Shown here: positions 48,406 to 57,824 of the stretch, one piece after another | How the letters are laid out: every line of letters starts with the position of its first letter | Numbering within the stretch: position 1 is the first letter of the stretch | NCBI GenBank assembly: GCA_963819655.1 | Contig: CAWFXA010000003.1 | Location: 224,001-288,000, forward strand | Source: an uncultured Chloroflexia bacterium | GTDB taxonomy: Bacteria; Chloroflexota; Limnocylindria; Limnocylindrales; CSP1-4 | DNA: 64,000 nucleotides | Direction: 5' to 3' | The notes under the pieces: generated by a model | What the model saw: only the letters and a program-made list of their open reading frames with translations | Databases searched by the model: none | Told to the model about the DNA's origin: nothing | Program-made: the position numbers and the translations under genes

Positions 48406-49898
48406 TGCTTTCCACGTCGAACCGGCGTCGCCCCCTCGGCCGGACGATCGTCCACGTCGCTCTCGTCCTGGCGATCGCGTTCGCCGTGCTGGCCGGGGCG
48501 GGTGGTTATTGGGCGGTCGTCCGGTCGACCGATCTGACGCATTCGCCCTATGACCCCGCGGTCATCGCAGCCTCCCGGACCGTGCCGCGTGGCAGGATCA
48601 TCGATCGTGAGGGGAACGTCCTCGTCCGCAACAAGGAGGACGCCAACGGCGAGCTGTACCGGGTCTACAGCGGCGAGGCCATCAGCCAGGTCGTCGGCTA
48701 CGCGTCGGGGCGGTACGGGCGCGCAGGCCTCGAATTGGCGTACGACGCCGAGCTGTCGGGCCTCGCGGGCGACCCGCTCGCCGATGCCCTCCGCAAGTTC
48801 GGCACCGATCCGTACGATCCCAAGGACCTCCACCTCGCGCTGTCGTGGGACCTCCAGCGTGCGGCCGTGCGCGCACTCGGGGCCCGACGCGGGGCGGTCG
48901 TGATGCTGGATCCGCGCACCGGCGAGGTCCTGGCGCTCGCATCGACGCCGACCTACGCGGCGTCGGCGATCAGCAACCCGGCGACCTCCCAGGCAGCTTT
49001 CGAGGCTCTCCAGAACGACCCCGGCGAGCCGTTGCTGCCGCGCGCGACGCTCGGCCGGTACGTGCCGGGATCCGTGTTCAAGATCGTGACGGCGATCGCG
49101 GGTCTGGCGTCGGGGGCGATCACGCCCGACACGACATACGCGGAGCAGCCGCCCGCCGAGAAGGACGGCCTCCTGGTCGAGGGTTTCCGCATCCGGGACG
49201 GCCATCACCGGGTGACCGGCAACCGGCGACTCGACCTCGTCGAAGCGACCGAGGTGTCGTGCAACATCTGGTACGCGCTGACCGGTCTGCGCACGGGCGG
49301 GGCGGAGCTCGTCGACCACGCCGCGCGGCTCGGGTTCGGCCGCCCGATCCCGTTCGACCTACCCACGGCGGCATCGCAGGTCACCGACGGCTCGGGCAGC
49401 GCGCCCGGTGGCTTCGTCGACGACGTCGAGCTGGCCAACGCGGCATACGGTCAGGCGGAGACCTTCGTCACGCCACTCCAGATGGCGCTGGTCGCGTCGA
49501 CGATCGCCAACGGCGGCGAGCTGATGCGACCGCGCCTCGTGACCGCCATGAGCGGCAAGGGCGGCACCCGCCAGATCGGCGCGCAGACCCTCGCCCACGT
49601 CCTCGACGCGGGGGATGCGGCGGCCATCAACCGGGCGATGGTCGCGGCCGTGGAGGGCGACCTGGGCCGGCAGTTCACCACCGGCGCGAAGGTGCCGGGG
49701 GTGACGACCGCGGGCAAGTCGGGCACGGCCGAGCTCGGCGGTCGCGGCGAGCCACACTCCTGGTTCATCGGGTTCGCCCCCGCCGAGGCGCCGACGATCG
49801 CCATCGCCGTCATCGTCGAGCAGGCCGGGCGTGGGGCAGAGGTCGCCGCACCGATCGGCGGCGACCTGATGGGCCTGCACCTCGGCGCGGGTGGCTGA
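48405..49898 (+). CDS. pbpA: class B penicillin-binding protein (PbpA-like)
   Basis: N-terminal TM, RGRIIDR, GLE, and active-site motifs SVFK, SCN and KSG. Confidence 0.92.
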   Translation: MLSTSNRRRPLGRTIVHVALVLAIAFAVLAGAGGYWAVVRSTDLTHSPYDPAVIAASRTVPRGRIIDREGNVLVRNKEDANGELYRVYSGEAISQVVGYASGRYGRAGLELAYDAELSGLAGDPLADALRKFGTDPYDPKDLHLALSWDLQRAAVRALGARRGAVVMLDPRTGEVLALASTPTYAASAISNPATSQAAFEALQNDPGEPLLPRATLGRYVPGSVFKIVTAIAGLASGAITPDTTYAEQPPAEKDGLLVEGFRIRDGHHRVTGNRRLDLVEATEVSCNIWYALTGLRTGGAELVDHAARLGFGRPIPFDLPTAASQVTDGSGSAPGGFVDDVELANAAYGQAETFVTPLQMALVASTIANGGELMRPRLVTAMSGKGGTRQIGAQTLAHVLDAGDAAAINRAMVAAVEGDLGRQFTTGAKVPGVTTAGKSGTAELGGRGEPHSWFIGFAPAEAPTIAIAVIVEQAGRGAEVAAPIGGDLMGLHLGAGG

Positions 49899-50116
49899 TG
49901 GACGAGCGGTCCGACCCGAACGCAACAGAGGCGCGTCCGTCTCGCCCACTGATCGAGCGCATCGGCCTGGCCGCGATCGCCGCGGTGCTGGCCGTGCTGT
50001 TCGGCGGCGTCGCGGCCGCTGCGTGGCTGGGTGGTGAGGTGTTCCTGGCCGCGATGGGCGCGATCGGCTGCGTCATGACCGCGTGGGTCGGTGGCTTGAC
50101 GCTGTTCCGCGGTTAG
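49898..50116 (+). CDS. small two-TM membrane protein (72 aa)
   Basis: TGATG overlap with the pbpA stop; two hydrophobic segments. Confidence 0.7.
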   Translation: MDERSDPNATEARPSRPLIERIGLAAIAAVLAVLFGGVAAAAWLGGEVFLAAMGAIGCVMTAWVGGLTLFRG

Positions 50117-50340
50117 ACCAGTGCGGCGCCAGCAGTCATCGGCGTAAATCAGAACGATCCGGCCCGCCGCAACGCCATGAGAGTCAGGCGCGTCCCACAG
50201 ACACCAACGCGTCGGGAACTGAAATGACGGGGCCGACGTAGTATCCGTTGACACGACCGACCCACAGTGGCGCTCGTCACCCCATCCCGTTGCCCGTCCG
50301 CGGCGGTGTCCCCCGCACCGCTGACCCCTGAGAGAGGCCG

Positions 50341-51348
50341 ATGTCGAAGATCCAGGAGACCGGGGACAAGGTCCTCGCCAACGTCGAGCGCGTCATCGTC
50401 GGCAAGCACCATGAAGTCCGATTGGCGCTCGTCGCGCTGTTGTGCCGCGGCCACCTCCTCATCGAGGACGTCCCGGGCACCGGCAAGACGGTCCTCGCGA
50501 AGGCCATCGCGCGCAGCCTCGGTTGCACGTTCCGGCGGATCCAGTTCACCCCCGACCTTCTGCCGTCCGACGTGACCGGCCTGTCGATCTACAACCAGAA
50601 GACCCAGGAGTTCGAGTTCCGACCCGGACCGATCATGAGCCAGGTCGTCCTCGCCGACGAGATCAACCGGGCGACCCCGAAGACGCAGTCGTCGCTCCTC
50701 GAATCGATGGAGGAACGCCAGGCGACGATCGACGGCGTCACGCATCAGATGCCCGATCCGTTCCTGGTCATCGCCACGCAGAACCCGATCGAGTACGAGG
50801 GCACATTCGCGCTCCCGGAGGCACAGCTCGACCGCTTCATGCTGCGCATCCGATTGGGCTATCCGCAGCCGATCGAGGAGATCGTCATCCTCGACGAGCA
50901 GAAGCGCACCCACCCGCTCGAGGAGCTCGAGGAGGTCCTGAGCGTCGAGGACCTGCGTGGCCTCCAGGAGGCCGTCCGCGAGATCTACGTCGATCCGACA
51001 GTGGCCGACTACATCGTCCGCGTCGTCGGCGCGACCCGGACCCATCCCGATGTCTATCTCGGCGCATCGCCGCGCGGCTCGATCGCGCTGTACCGCGCGG
51101 GCCAGGCGCTGGCCGGTCTGCTCGGACGCGATTACGTCATTCCGGATGACATCAAGTCGCTGGCCGAGTCGGCGCTGGCCCACCGCCTGATCATCAAGAC
51201 CAGCTCGTCGATCCACGACGTGCAGGCCGCCCAGGTCGTCCGCGAGATCCTCGACACGACACCGATCGACGGCATCCGACCGACCGGCGGTGGCCCGACC
51301 GAGATCCGTCCGGCGACCCCGGGAGTCCAGACACGACCCGGCGCCTAG
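50341..51348 (+). CDS. moxR: MoxR family AAA+ ATPase
   Basis: [27 protein letters not shown] and [22 protein letters not shown]. Confidence 0.95.
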   Translation: MSKIQETGDKVLANVERVIVGKHHEVRLALVALLCRGHLLIEDVPGTGKTVLAKAIARSLGCTFRRIQFTPDLLPSDVTGLSIYNQKTQEFEFRPGPIMSQVVLADEINRATPKTQSSLLESMEERQATIDGVTHQMPDPFLVIATQNPIEYEGTFALPEAQLDRFMLRIRLGYPQPIEEIVILDEQKRTHPLEELEEVLSVEDLRGLQEAVREIYVDPTVADYIVRVVGATRTHPDVYLGASPRGSIALYRAGQALAGLLGRDYVIPDDIKSLAESALAHRLIIKTSSSIHDVQAAQVVREILDTTPIDGIRPTGGGPTEIRPATPGVQTRPGA

Positions 51349-51387
51349 CGACGCGGCGATCGGGTCCGGCGTAGCGATCCCGGCACG

Positions 51388-52644
51388 ATGTTCCGACGCC
51401 TGCAGGCCGTCATCCTCGCGACGATCCTCGTCGTCGCCGCGTTCTCGACCGGCTACGACTTCCTGTTCTACCTGCTGTATCTCGGGATCCTCGTCGTCGG
51501 CGGGTCATATGTCCTGGTGCGCCTCGGCCTATCGGACCTCGAGGCAGGTTATGCCGTGAGCCAGCTGCACGGCCACGTCGGCGATCGCATGCGCGTCACC
51601 TACACGCTGCGCAACAGCAGCCGTTTCCCGAAGCCGTGGCTGGAGATCCACAACCCGACGACGCTGCCCGGCGGCCTGCCTGGCCGCGCCATCACGCTCG
51701 GCGGTCGGAGCGAGCGGTCGTGGCTCATCCGCGCGCCGCTCACCCGCCGCGGGCACTTCCGGATCGAGCCGCTCCACATCCGGACAGGCGACCCGTTCGG
51801 CTTCTTCGAGGCAGCGGCGACGGTCGGGCAGGGGATCAGCGTCGTCGTCTATCCGCGTCTCGAGCCACTGCCGATGTGGCGCCTCCCGTCCGCCAGCCTC
51901 GAGGGCAGTCACGCGTCACCCGAGCGGACGCTGCAGACCACGCCACTCGCCACGACCGTCCGGCCGTATGCACCGGGCGACAGCATGAACCGGATCCACT
52001 GGAAGTCGACAGCGCGTCACGGGGAGATCCAGGTCAAGGAGTTCGACCTCGAGCAGACCGCCGATGCGTGGATCATCCTCGACCTGCAGCGCAGCATCCA
52101 GGCCGGGCATGGCGAGGAATCGACGGCCGAGGCCGCCATCCGCGCGGCCGCCTCGATCGCCGACAAGGCGCTCAACGAGAACCGCGCGGTCGGGATGACC
52201 GTCAACGCCGGGCGGACCGCCTATCTGCCCGCCGACCGCGGGGGCCGCCAGCACCAAAAGGTCATGCAGCTGCTCGCGGCCGTCGACGCCGACGCGAGCA
52301 CCCCGCTGGTCGAGACGCTCATCGGGTCGGTCGGCAGGCTGCGGCGCGGGATGACTGCCGTCGTGATCACGGCCTCGCTCGATCCCTCGTGGATCCGGCC
52401 GCTTGCCGCATTGCGCACGCGCGGTGTCGGCTGCGTCGTCGTGATCGCGGATGCGACCGCGTTCGCGCGAGCCGAGGCCGCGGCACGAGCTGCTCAGGAT
52501 GGGTCGACCGTGCGGACCGACCCAGCCGCCGAGGAGCTGGCGGCCAAGCGCAGGCGGGCGCTGTTCCACACTCTGGCCGAGTACGAGCTCAAGGCGCACA
52601 CGATCGTTCCCAATACGCCACTCGGCGAGGTCCTGGCCTCGTGA
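51388..52644 (+). CDS. DUF58 domain-containing protein
   Basis: GDPFGFF, VYP and VRPYAPGDSMNRIHWKSTAR...VKEF. Confidence 0.92.
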   Translation: MFRRLQAVILATILVVAAFSTGYDFLFYLLYLGILVVGGSYVLVRLGLSDLEAGYAVSQLHGHVGDRMRVTYTLRNSSRFPKPWLEIHNPTTLPGGLPGRAITLGGRSERSWLIRAPLTRRGHFRIEPLHIRTGDPFGFFEAAATVGQGISVVVYPRLEPLPMWRLPSASLEGSHASPERTLQTTPLATTVRPYAPGDSMNRIHWKSTARHGEIQVKEFDLEQTADAWIILDLQRSIQAGHGEESTAEAAIRAAASIADKALNENRAVGMTVNAGRTAYLPADRGGRQHQKVMQLLAAVDADASTPLVETLIGSVGRLRRGMTAVVITASLDPSWIRPLAALRTRGVGCVVVIADATAFARAEAAARAAQDGSTVRTDPAAEELAAKRRRALFHTLAEYELKAHTIVPNTPLGEVLAS

Positions 52645-54950
52645 CCGCCCGGACCGACGGGGATCTGCTCCGGTCGCTGCGCCGGGTCGACGGCTGGTTC
52701 ACCGTCGGCCTGGTCGTGCTGGTCTGTGCGACTCTCGCGTGGTCGCTCGACGACGCGCTGCTGGTGCTCGGTCGCGATGAGTACACCGATCTCCTGTTCT
52801 GGGCGGCGATCGGCGGCGTCACTGCCGGGTTGGTCGGTCCGCTCGTCGGCTGGGGTCGCTGGAAGACACACATCATCGGGGCGGTCTTCGCCGCACTGCT
52901 CGTCCCGCTGCTCGTCGGCTGGACGCTGATCCCGACCGGCGCGCCACCGGGCGAGCTCTTCCAGCGGACGACCGACAGCATCGTCCAGGCGTGGTCAGAT
53001 CTCGTGCTCGCGGGTCGGATGTCGACGATGCAGTACGGGCATCACCTCTTTGCCCTCGCGATGCTGACATGGGCCACGTCCCAGTTCGCGAGCTATGCGG
53101 CGTTCGGGCATCGGCGACCGATCAACGCGGTCGTGGTCGTCGGCTCGCTGCTGCTGGCGAACATGGCGCTGACGGTGCGCGACCAGCTGACGTACCTCGT
53201 GATCTTCTCGATCGCGAGCCTGTTCCTGCTCGTCCGGTTCCACACGCTCGACGAGCAGTCCGACTGGCTCCGCCGCCGCATCGGCGATCCGACAGCGATC
53301 TCTGCGCTCTACCTGCGCGGCGGCACGGTCTTCATCATCGCGGCGATCAGCGGCTCGCTGCTGCTCACGAACGCGGCCTCGTCGGCGCCGCTCGCGGGGG
53401 CGTGGACCGACGTCGGCGCTCGGGTCATCGAGTGGGGCCAGTTCCTCGAGCGGTTCCTGCCGGCGTCCCGGTCGAGCCGCTCGCTCGGACCGACGTTCGG
53501 CGACAGCACCCTTGTCGGGCTGACCTGGAACACGAACGACCAGCTACAGCTGAGCGTGCAGTTCCCGGCCGAAGAGCAAAACCCGCCCTTCCTGGCGGCG
53601 GCCTACTACGACCAGTTCCGGCTCACAGGCTGGGTCCGAGCCGAGCAGGCCGAGCTGTCGCGTGACCCGGGTGCCGATGTCCTGGCCGGCACCGCCGAGC
53701 ATGTTGCGCCGGCCGGACGACGGCCTCTCGAGGCAACGATCACGCCGGCGTACGCCCGGCGTGAGATCTTCGCGCCAGGGCTCCCGAGCACGATCAACCA
53801 GGTTTCCAGGCTGCGCATCATCGGCGCGGGCGGCCACCTCGCCGGGATCGAGCGCGACCCGTCAAGTGCGCCGTACACGGTCACGACGCTCGTCAACGCA
53901 GACGAGAAGAGCGGCGGCTGGACGGAGGAGCGCCTCCGCGCGGCCGGGCAGGACTACCCGCCCGAGATCGTCGCGCTGTACGGGAAGGACACATTGCCCG
54001 ACGGCTCGCTCGGACCGCAGTCGACCGCCCTGCTCGCGGAGATCCTCCAGAACGCGCGATCGAACAACCCGTACGACCTGGCCGTCGAGGTCCGCGACAC
54101 CCTCCTCGACTCGACGCAGTTCGAGTACGACACGGACCTCAGCGACCGACCGTGCGTCGACACCTCGATCGTCGAGTGCTTCGTGGTGAACAAGGCCGGC
54201 TTCTGCCAGTACTACGCGTCGACGATGACCGTGTTCCTGCGCGAGCTCGGCATCCCGGCACGGTTCGTCGAAGGGTTCCTTCCCGGCGCGCCCGATGAAT
54301 CCGGGGGCGGCCGCACGGTCCGCGCCCACGACGCCCACGCCTGGGTGCAGGCCTACTTCCCGAGCTACGGCTGGGTCGATTTCGATCCGACCGGCGGTCC
54401 GGAGCGCCCGGGGCTCGCACCGATCCCGTCGGGCGCCCCGGTCGCGAGCGGGACCCCGCGACCGTCGGGCAGCGGCTTGGGCAGTTTGGCCATCCCGAGC
54501 GCGCGAGGCGAGATCGATCAGGGTCCTGGCGGTTCGGTGGGCGGGAGGGCAGGCGACCGGACGCCGGTCGGCCTGTTCATCGTGATCACGCTGCTGCTCG
54601 CGGTCGTGGTGGGCTCGCTTGCCGCCGTCGCGTGGCGGCGCGGCCCGCGCGGCACGCTGTCCGCCGACGACGCGTACGGCTCGGTGTCGCGGCTGGCGTC
54701 GCGCCTGGGGTTCGGACCGCGGCCGACGCAGACGGTGTACGAGTACGCCGGCGCGCTCGCCGATGAGCTGCCGATGGTCCGCCCCGAGCTCGAGACCGTG
54801 GCGCGCGCCAAGGTCGAGGTCGTCTACGGTGCGCGGTCCCTGGCCGACGAGCGGCTGGCCGCCCTGCGCCATGCCCACCGGCGGCTCCAGGTACAGCTTC
54901 TCCGCCTCCTCACGCGTCGTCGCCGCCGGTCGAGGCGCTGGCGAGGCTAG
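52641..54950 (+). CDS. membrane-bound transglutaminase-like protein (TgpA-type)
   Basis: GTGA overlap; multi-TM N-terminus; Cys-His-Asp triad GFCQYYAS / HAWVQ / FDPT; C-terminal TM plus TVYEYA (DUF4129-like). Confidence 0.9.
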   Translation: MTARTDGDLLRSLRRVDGWFTVGLVVLVCATLAWSLDDALLVLGRDEYTDLLFWAAIGGVTAGLVGPLVGWGRWKTHIIGAVFAALLVPLLVGWTLIPTGAPPGELFQRTTDSIVQAWSDLVLAGRMSTMQYGHHLFALAMLTWATSQFASYAAFGHRRPINAVVVVGSLLLANMALTVRDQLTYLVIFSIASLFLLVRFHTLDEQSDWLRRRIGDPTAISALYLRGGTVFIIAAISGSLLLTNAASSAPLAGAWTDVGARVIEWGQFLERFLPASRSSRSLGPTFGDSTLVGLTWNTNDQLQLSVQFPAEEQNPPFLAAAYYDQFRLTGWVRAEQAELSRDPGADVLAGTAEHVAPAGRRPLEATITPAYARREIFAPGLPSTINQVSRLRIIGAGGHLAGIERDPSSAPYTVTTLVNADEKSGGWTEERLRAAGQDYPPEIVALYGKDTLPDGSLGPQSTALLAEILQNARSNNPYDLAVEVRDTLLDSTQFEYDTDLSDRPCVDTSIVECFVVNKAGFCQYYASTMTVFLRELGIPARFVEGFLPGAPDESGGGRTVRAHDAHAWVQAYFPSYGWVDFDPTGGPERPGLAPIPSGAPVASGTPRPSGSGLGSLAIPSARGEIDQGPGGSVGGRAGDRTPVGLFIVITLLLAVVVGSLAAVAWRRGPRGTLSADDAYGSVSRLASRLGFGPRPTQTVYEYAGALADELPMVRPELETVARAKVEVVYGARSLADERLAALRHAHRRLQVQLLRLLTRRRRRSRRWRG

Positions 54951-55002
54951 TCGCCGCTAGAGCAAGGGGGCACGGGCGCAGGGGCGCACGTCCCGCGCCT
55001 GG

Positions 55003-55103
55003 CCGGCTGCGACCACACCTGCCCCAGCGACCCATGCCGGCTGCGACCACGTCCCCCACGCGACCACGCGGGCCCACGAGCCCACGTCCCCGCGGGCCCA
55101 CGT
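55003..55103. repeat. low-complexity short direct repeats (ccggctgcgaccac x2, cgcgggcccacg x2)
   Basis: Directly visible downstream of the transglutaminase stop. Confidence 0.55.
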
Positions 55104-55133
55104 GCCTACGCAGCCCAACCAAGCAACGAGCAC

Positions 55134-55342
55134 ACGGAGTTTTTGTCAGATGTTTCGTGCCATGAGCCTTGGACAAGACTCTTGAGGGACGTCCCGCTCC
55201 GAAATGCATAGAAATGCGAACAAGTGTTGGGTTTCTGCATGGCGGTCGAGGAGCCATGCATATCTATCCACCTCGAGGACCGATCCAGCCGCTCGATCCT
55301 TGCCGAACGCTCGTGTAGCGAGCTTTTGACGGAAAGAGCCGT
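55134..55342. mobile_element. possible MITE/REP-like remnant, lower GC
   Basis: About 210 bp, visibly more AT-rich. Imperfect inverted ends acggagtttttgtcaga / tttgacggaaagagccgt; internal atgca...tgcat inverted repeat; no transposase. Confidence 0.3.
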
Positions 55343-55376
55343 CAGAGCGGCCGCGGCGTCACCGAGCGCCGCGGCG

Positions 55377-56174
55377 TCACAGGGCACCGCTGCGGCTGCG
55401 CTCCTCCTGAGCCTCCTGGGCCGCTTCGTCGAGCATCGCCGCCAGGTGTCCCGTCAGGTTGTGCGCGCGGAGCACCGGGCGACCGGCCCGGAACTCAACC
55501 ACCGTGATCCCCGCGAGATCCATCGTCCACATCCAGAACCGTTCGAGCGGCAGGTCGAAGAGTGTCAGCAGCAGCACCTTGAAGATGCCGTCGTGCCCGA
55601 CCGCGATCGACCACGGGTGGGTGGCCGGCGCGTCCTCGTAGCCCGCGACCTGGGATCGGTCGAGCGAGCCCGGGACGCCGCCGACCGCCAGCCGCGCCAG
55701 CATCGCCGCCACGGTCGGGCGGAGGCGGCCCTGGACCTCGGCGATCGACTCGCCGCCGGGCGCCCAGCTCGTGGTCGGGCTGCGCCGCCAGGCGGCCAGC
55801 GCCTCGGCATACCGCGCGGTGATCTCGTCCCTGTGCAGGCCTTCCCATTCGCCTTGACCGATCTCGAGGAGGCCAGGCTCGGGTCGCGCCGGGGGCGGTG
55901 CCTCGAGCCGGCTCAGGATGGCTTCGGCCGTCTGGGTGGTGCGCCGCAGCGGGGAATGGACGATCTCGCGCAGCGGTCCAAGCGGCACCGGCAGCGCGGG
56001 TGCGTCGTGCGGGTGGGCGAGGCGCTCGGCCACGAGCGCCGCCTGACGCAGCCCGGCCGGCGAAAGGGGGGTCTCGGCCTGGCCCTGGAAGCGCCCCTCG
56101 ACGATGTACTCGGACTCGCCGTGCCGGACGAGCACCAGCGTCGCATCGAGCAGGTCCGGGATGAGCGGCGACAT
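55377..56174 (-). CDS. histidine phosphatase family protein, probable metal-independent phosphoserine phosphatase
   Basis: VRHGES, FQG, SPLRR, GEWEG, PGGES, HDG and C-terminal HNLTGHL; third gene of an operon with serA. Confidence 0.82.
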   Translation of the reverse strand: MSPLIPDLLDATLVLVRHGESEYIVEGRFQGQAETPLSPAGLRQAALVAERLAHPHDAPALPVPLGPLREIVHSPLRRTTQTAEAILSRLEAPPPARPEPGLLEIGQGEWEGLHRDEITARYAEALAAWRRSPTTSWAPGGESIAEVQGRLRPTVAAMLARLAVGGVPGSLDRSQVAGYEDAPATHPWSIAVGHDGIFKVLLLTLFDLPLERFWMWTMDLAGITVVEFRAGRPVLRAHNLTGHLAAMLDEAAQEAQEERSRSGAL

Positions 56175-56199
56175 CGACTCGCCCGGCGGTCCGCTCAAC

Positions 56200-56239
56200 G
56201 CATCACCGCATCACCGCATCACGGCATCACCGCGTCACC
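56200..56239. repeat. octamer tandem repeat (GCATCACC)x5, imperfect
   Basis: gcatcacc gcatcacc gcatcacg gcatcacc gcgtcacc; the last unit contains the serA stop codon. Confidence 0.85.
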
Positions 56240-57824
56240 GCTCGCCACCGAGCCGGATGATCCACAGGTCCAGGACGGCCTCCTGGTCGCGGATCGCCGA
56301 CTCGACGCGGGCGGGGACGTCGTCGTCGAGCGCGAGGATCATGAGGGCGTCCTCGCGCGGGCGCGTCCGCGCGAGATGCATCGCGCTGATGTTCACGTCG
56401 GCCTCGCCGAGCATCGCCCCGACCCGCCCGACCATCCCGGGCTTGTCGGTGTGGCGCGTGATGAGCATCACATCGGCCGGCTCCATGTCGATGCGGTAGC
56501 TCCCCAGCCGCGTGATGCGTGGCTCGCCGGCGGCCACCGTTCCACCCACCGTGATCGCGCGGCCGCCCGGTGTCGCGTCGCTCGACAACGTCAGCTGGGC
56601 GGCGTACGCGCCGGCGTCGCGGGTCTTGCGCTCGACGAGCGTGATGCCGCGCGCCTTTGCGAGCGCGCCGGCGTTGACGAGGTTGACCCGCTCGGTCGTG
56701 ACGGTCTCGAGCAACCCACGCAGTACCGCGGCGGTGAGCGGCGACCCGTCGTGCTCGGCGAGCGCGCCGGCGATCTCCAGGGTCAGGGTGCGGACACCAC
56801 CGCGTGAGAACTGCGCGAAGAAGCGGCCAAGGATCTCAGCGAGTGGGAGATACGGCGCGATCGCCTTGGCCGTCTCAGGCGTGAGCAGCGGCGCGTTGAC
56901 GGCATAACGGGCGCTGCGGCCCTCCAGGACATCCAGCACCTGCGCCGCGACCTCCTCGGCCACGAGCACCTGCGCTTCCGCGGTCGATGCGCCGAGGTGC
57001 GGGGTCAGCAGGGTGTTCGGTGCGGCCAGCAATGGGCTGTCCGTCGGCGGCTCGTGCTCGAAGACATCGAAGCCGGCCCCGGCGAGATGTCCGGATGCGA
57101 GCGCATCCGCGACGTCGGCCTCGTTGACGATCCCGCCACGCGCCACGTTGATGATGATCGAGCCCGGACGCATCTGAGCGATCTCGGCCTTGCCGATCAG
57201 GTTGCGGGTCGCCCGGGTCAGCGGGACGTGGACCGTGATCACGTCGGCGCGGGCCAGGAGCATCGCCATGTCCATCAGCTCCACGCCGTGGTTGCCCGCC
57301 TGTTCCGGGGTCACGTACGGGTCGGCACCGAGGACGACCATCTCCATGGCCCGAGCGCGGTCGGCGATCGCCTGGCCGATCTTGCCGAGCCCGATGATCC
57401 CGAGCGTGCGCCCGCGCAGCTCCAGACCGGTGAACTGCGATCGCTTCCACTCCCCGCGTCGCAGGCTCGCGTCCGCGGCGGCAGTCTTCCGTGCCACCCC
57501 GTACAGCAAGGCCAGGGTGTGCTCGGCGGCCGCGATCGTGTTGCCGGTCGGGGCGTTGACGACCGTGATGCCGGCCCGCGTGGCCGCTTCGAGGTCCACG
57601 TTGTCGACACCGACCCCGGCACGCCCGATGACGATGAGGCGGGCGCCGGCGGCGATCATGTCGGCGTCGACCTCGACTTGGCTGCGGACGATCAGCGCGT
57701 CGTACTCGGGCAGGATGGCGGCCAGCTCGTCGCGGGTACAGCCGATCCGCTCGTCGACCTCGTGGTGCGCCGCGATGAGGTCGATGCCCTCCTGCGCCAC
57801 GCTCTCCGCGACGAGGACCTTCAC
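56235..57824 (-). CDS. serA: D-3-phosphoglycerate dehydrogenase (type I, ASB plus ACT domains)
   Basis: GRAGVGVDNVD, GIIGLGKIG, NVARGG, TPHLGASTAEAQ and ACT motif DKPGMVG...NI. Confidence 0.95.
   Translation of the reverse strand: MKVLVAESVAQEGIDLIAAHHEVDERIGCTRDELAAILPEYDALIVRSQVEVDADMIAAGARLIVIGRAGVGVDNVDLEAATRAGITVVNAPTGNTIAAAEHTLALLYGVARKTAAADASLRRGEWKRSQFTGLELRGRTLGIIGLGKIGQAIADRARAMEMVVLGADPYVTPEQAGNHGVELMDMAMLLARADVITVHVPLTRATRNLIGKAEIAQMRPGSIIINVARGGIVNEADVADALASGHLAGAGFDVFEHEPPTDSPLLAAPNTLLTPHLGASTAEAQVLVAEEVAAQVLDVLEGRSARYAVNAPLLTPETAKAIAPYLPLAEILGRFFAQFSRGGVRTLTLEIAGALAEHDGSPLTAAVLRGLLETVTTERVNLVNAGALAKARGITLVERKTRDAGAYAAQLTLSSDATPGGRAITVGGTVAAGEPRITRLGSYRIDMEPADVMLITRHTDKPGMVGRVGAMLGEADVNISAMHLARTRPREDALMILALDDDVPARVESAIRDQEAVLDLWIIRLGGER

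Noticed and set aside
50341-54950. moxR-DUF58-transglutaminase as a novel system
   Set aside because: This is a well-known, widespread three-gene arrangement.
44380-56239. Repeats as possible CRISPR arrays
   Set aside because: They are intragenic coding repeats or short tandem units without unique spacers, and no cas genes are present.
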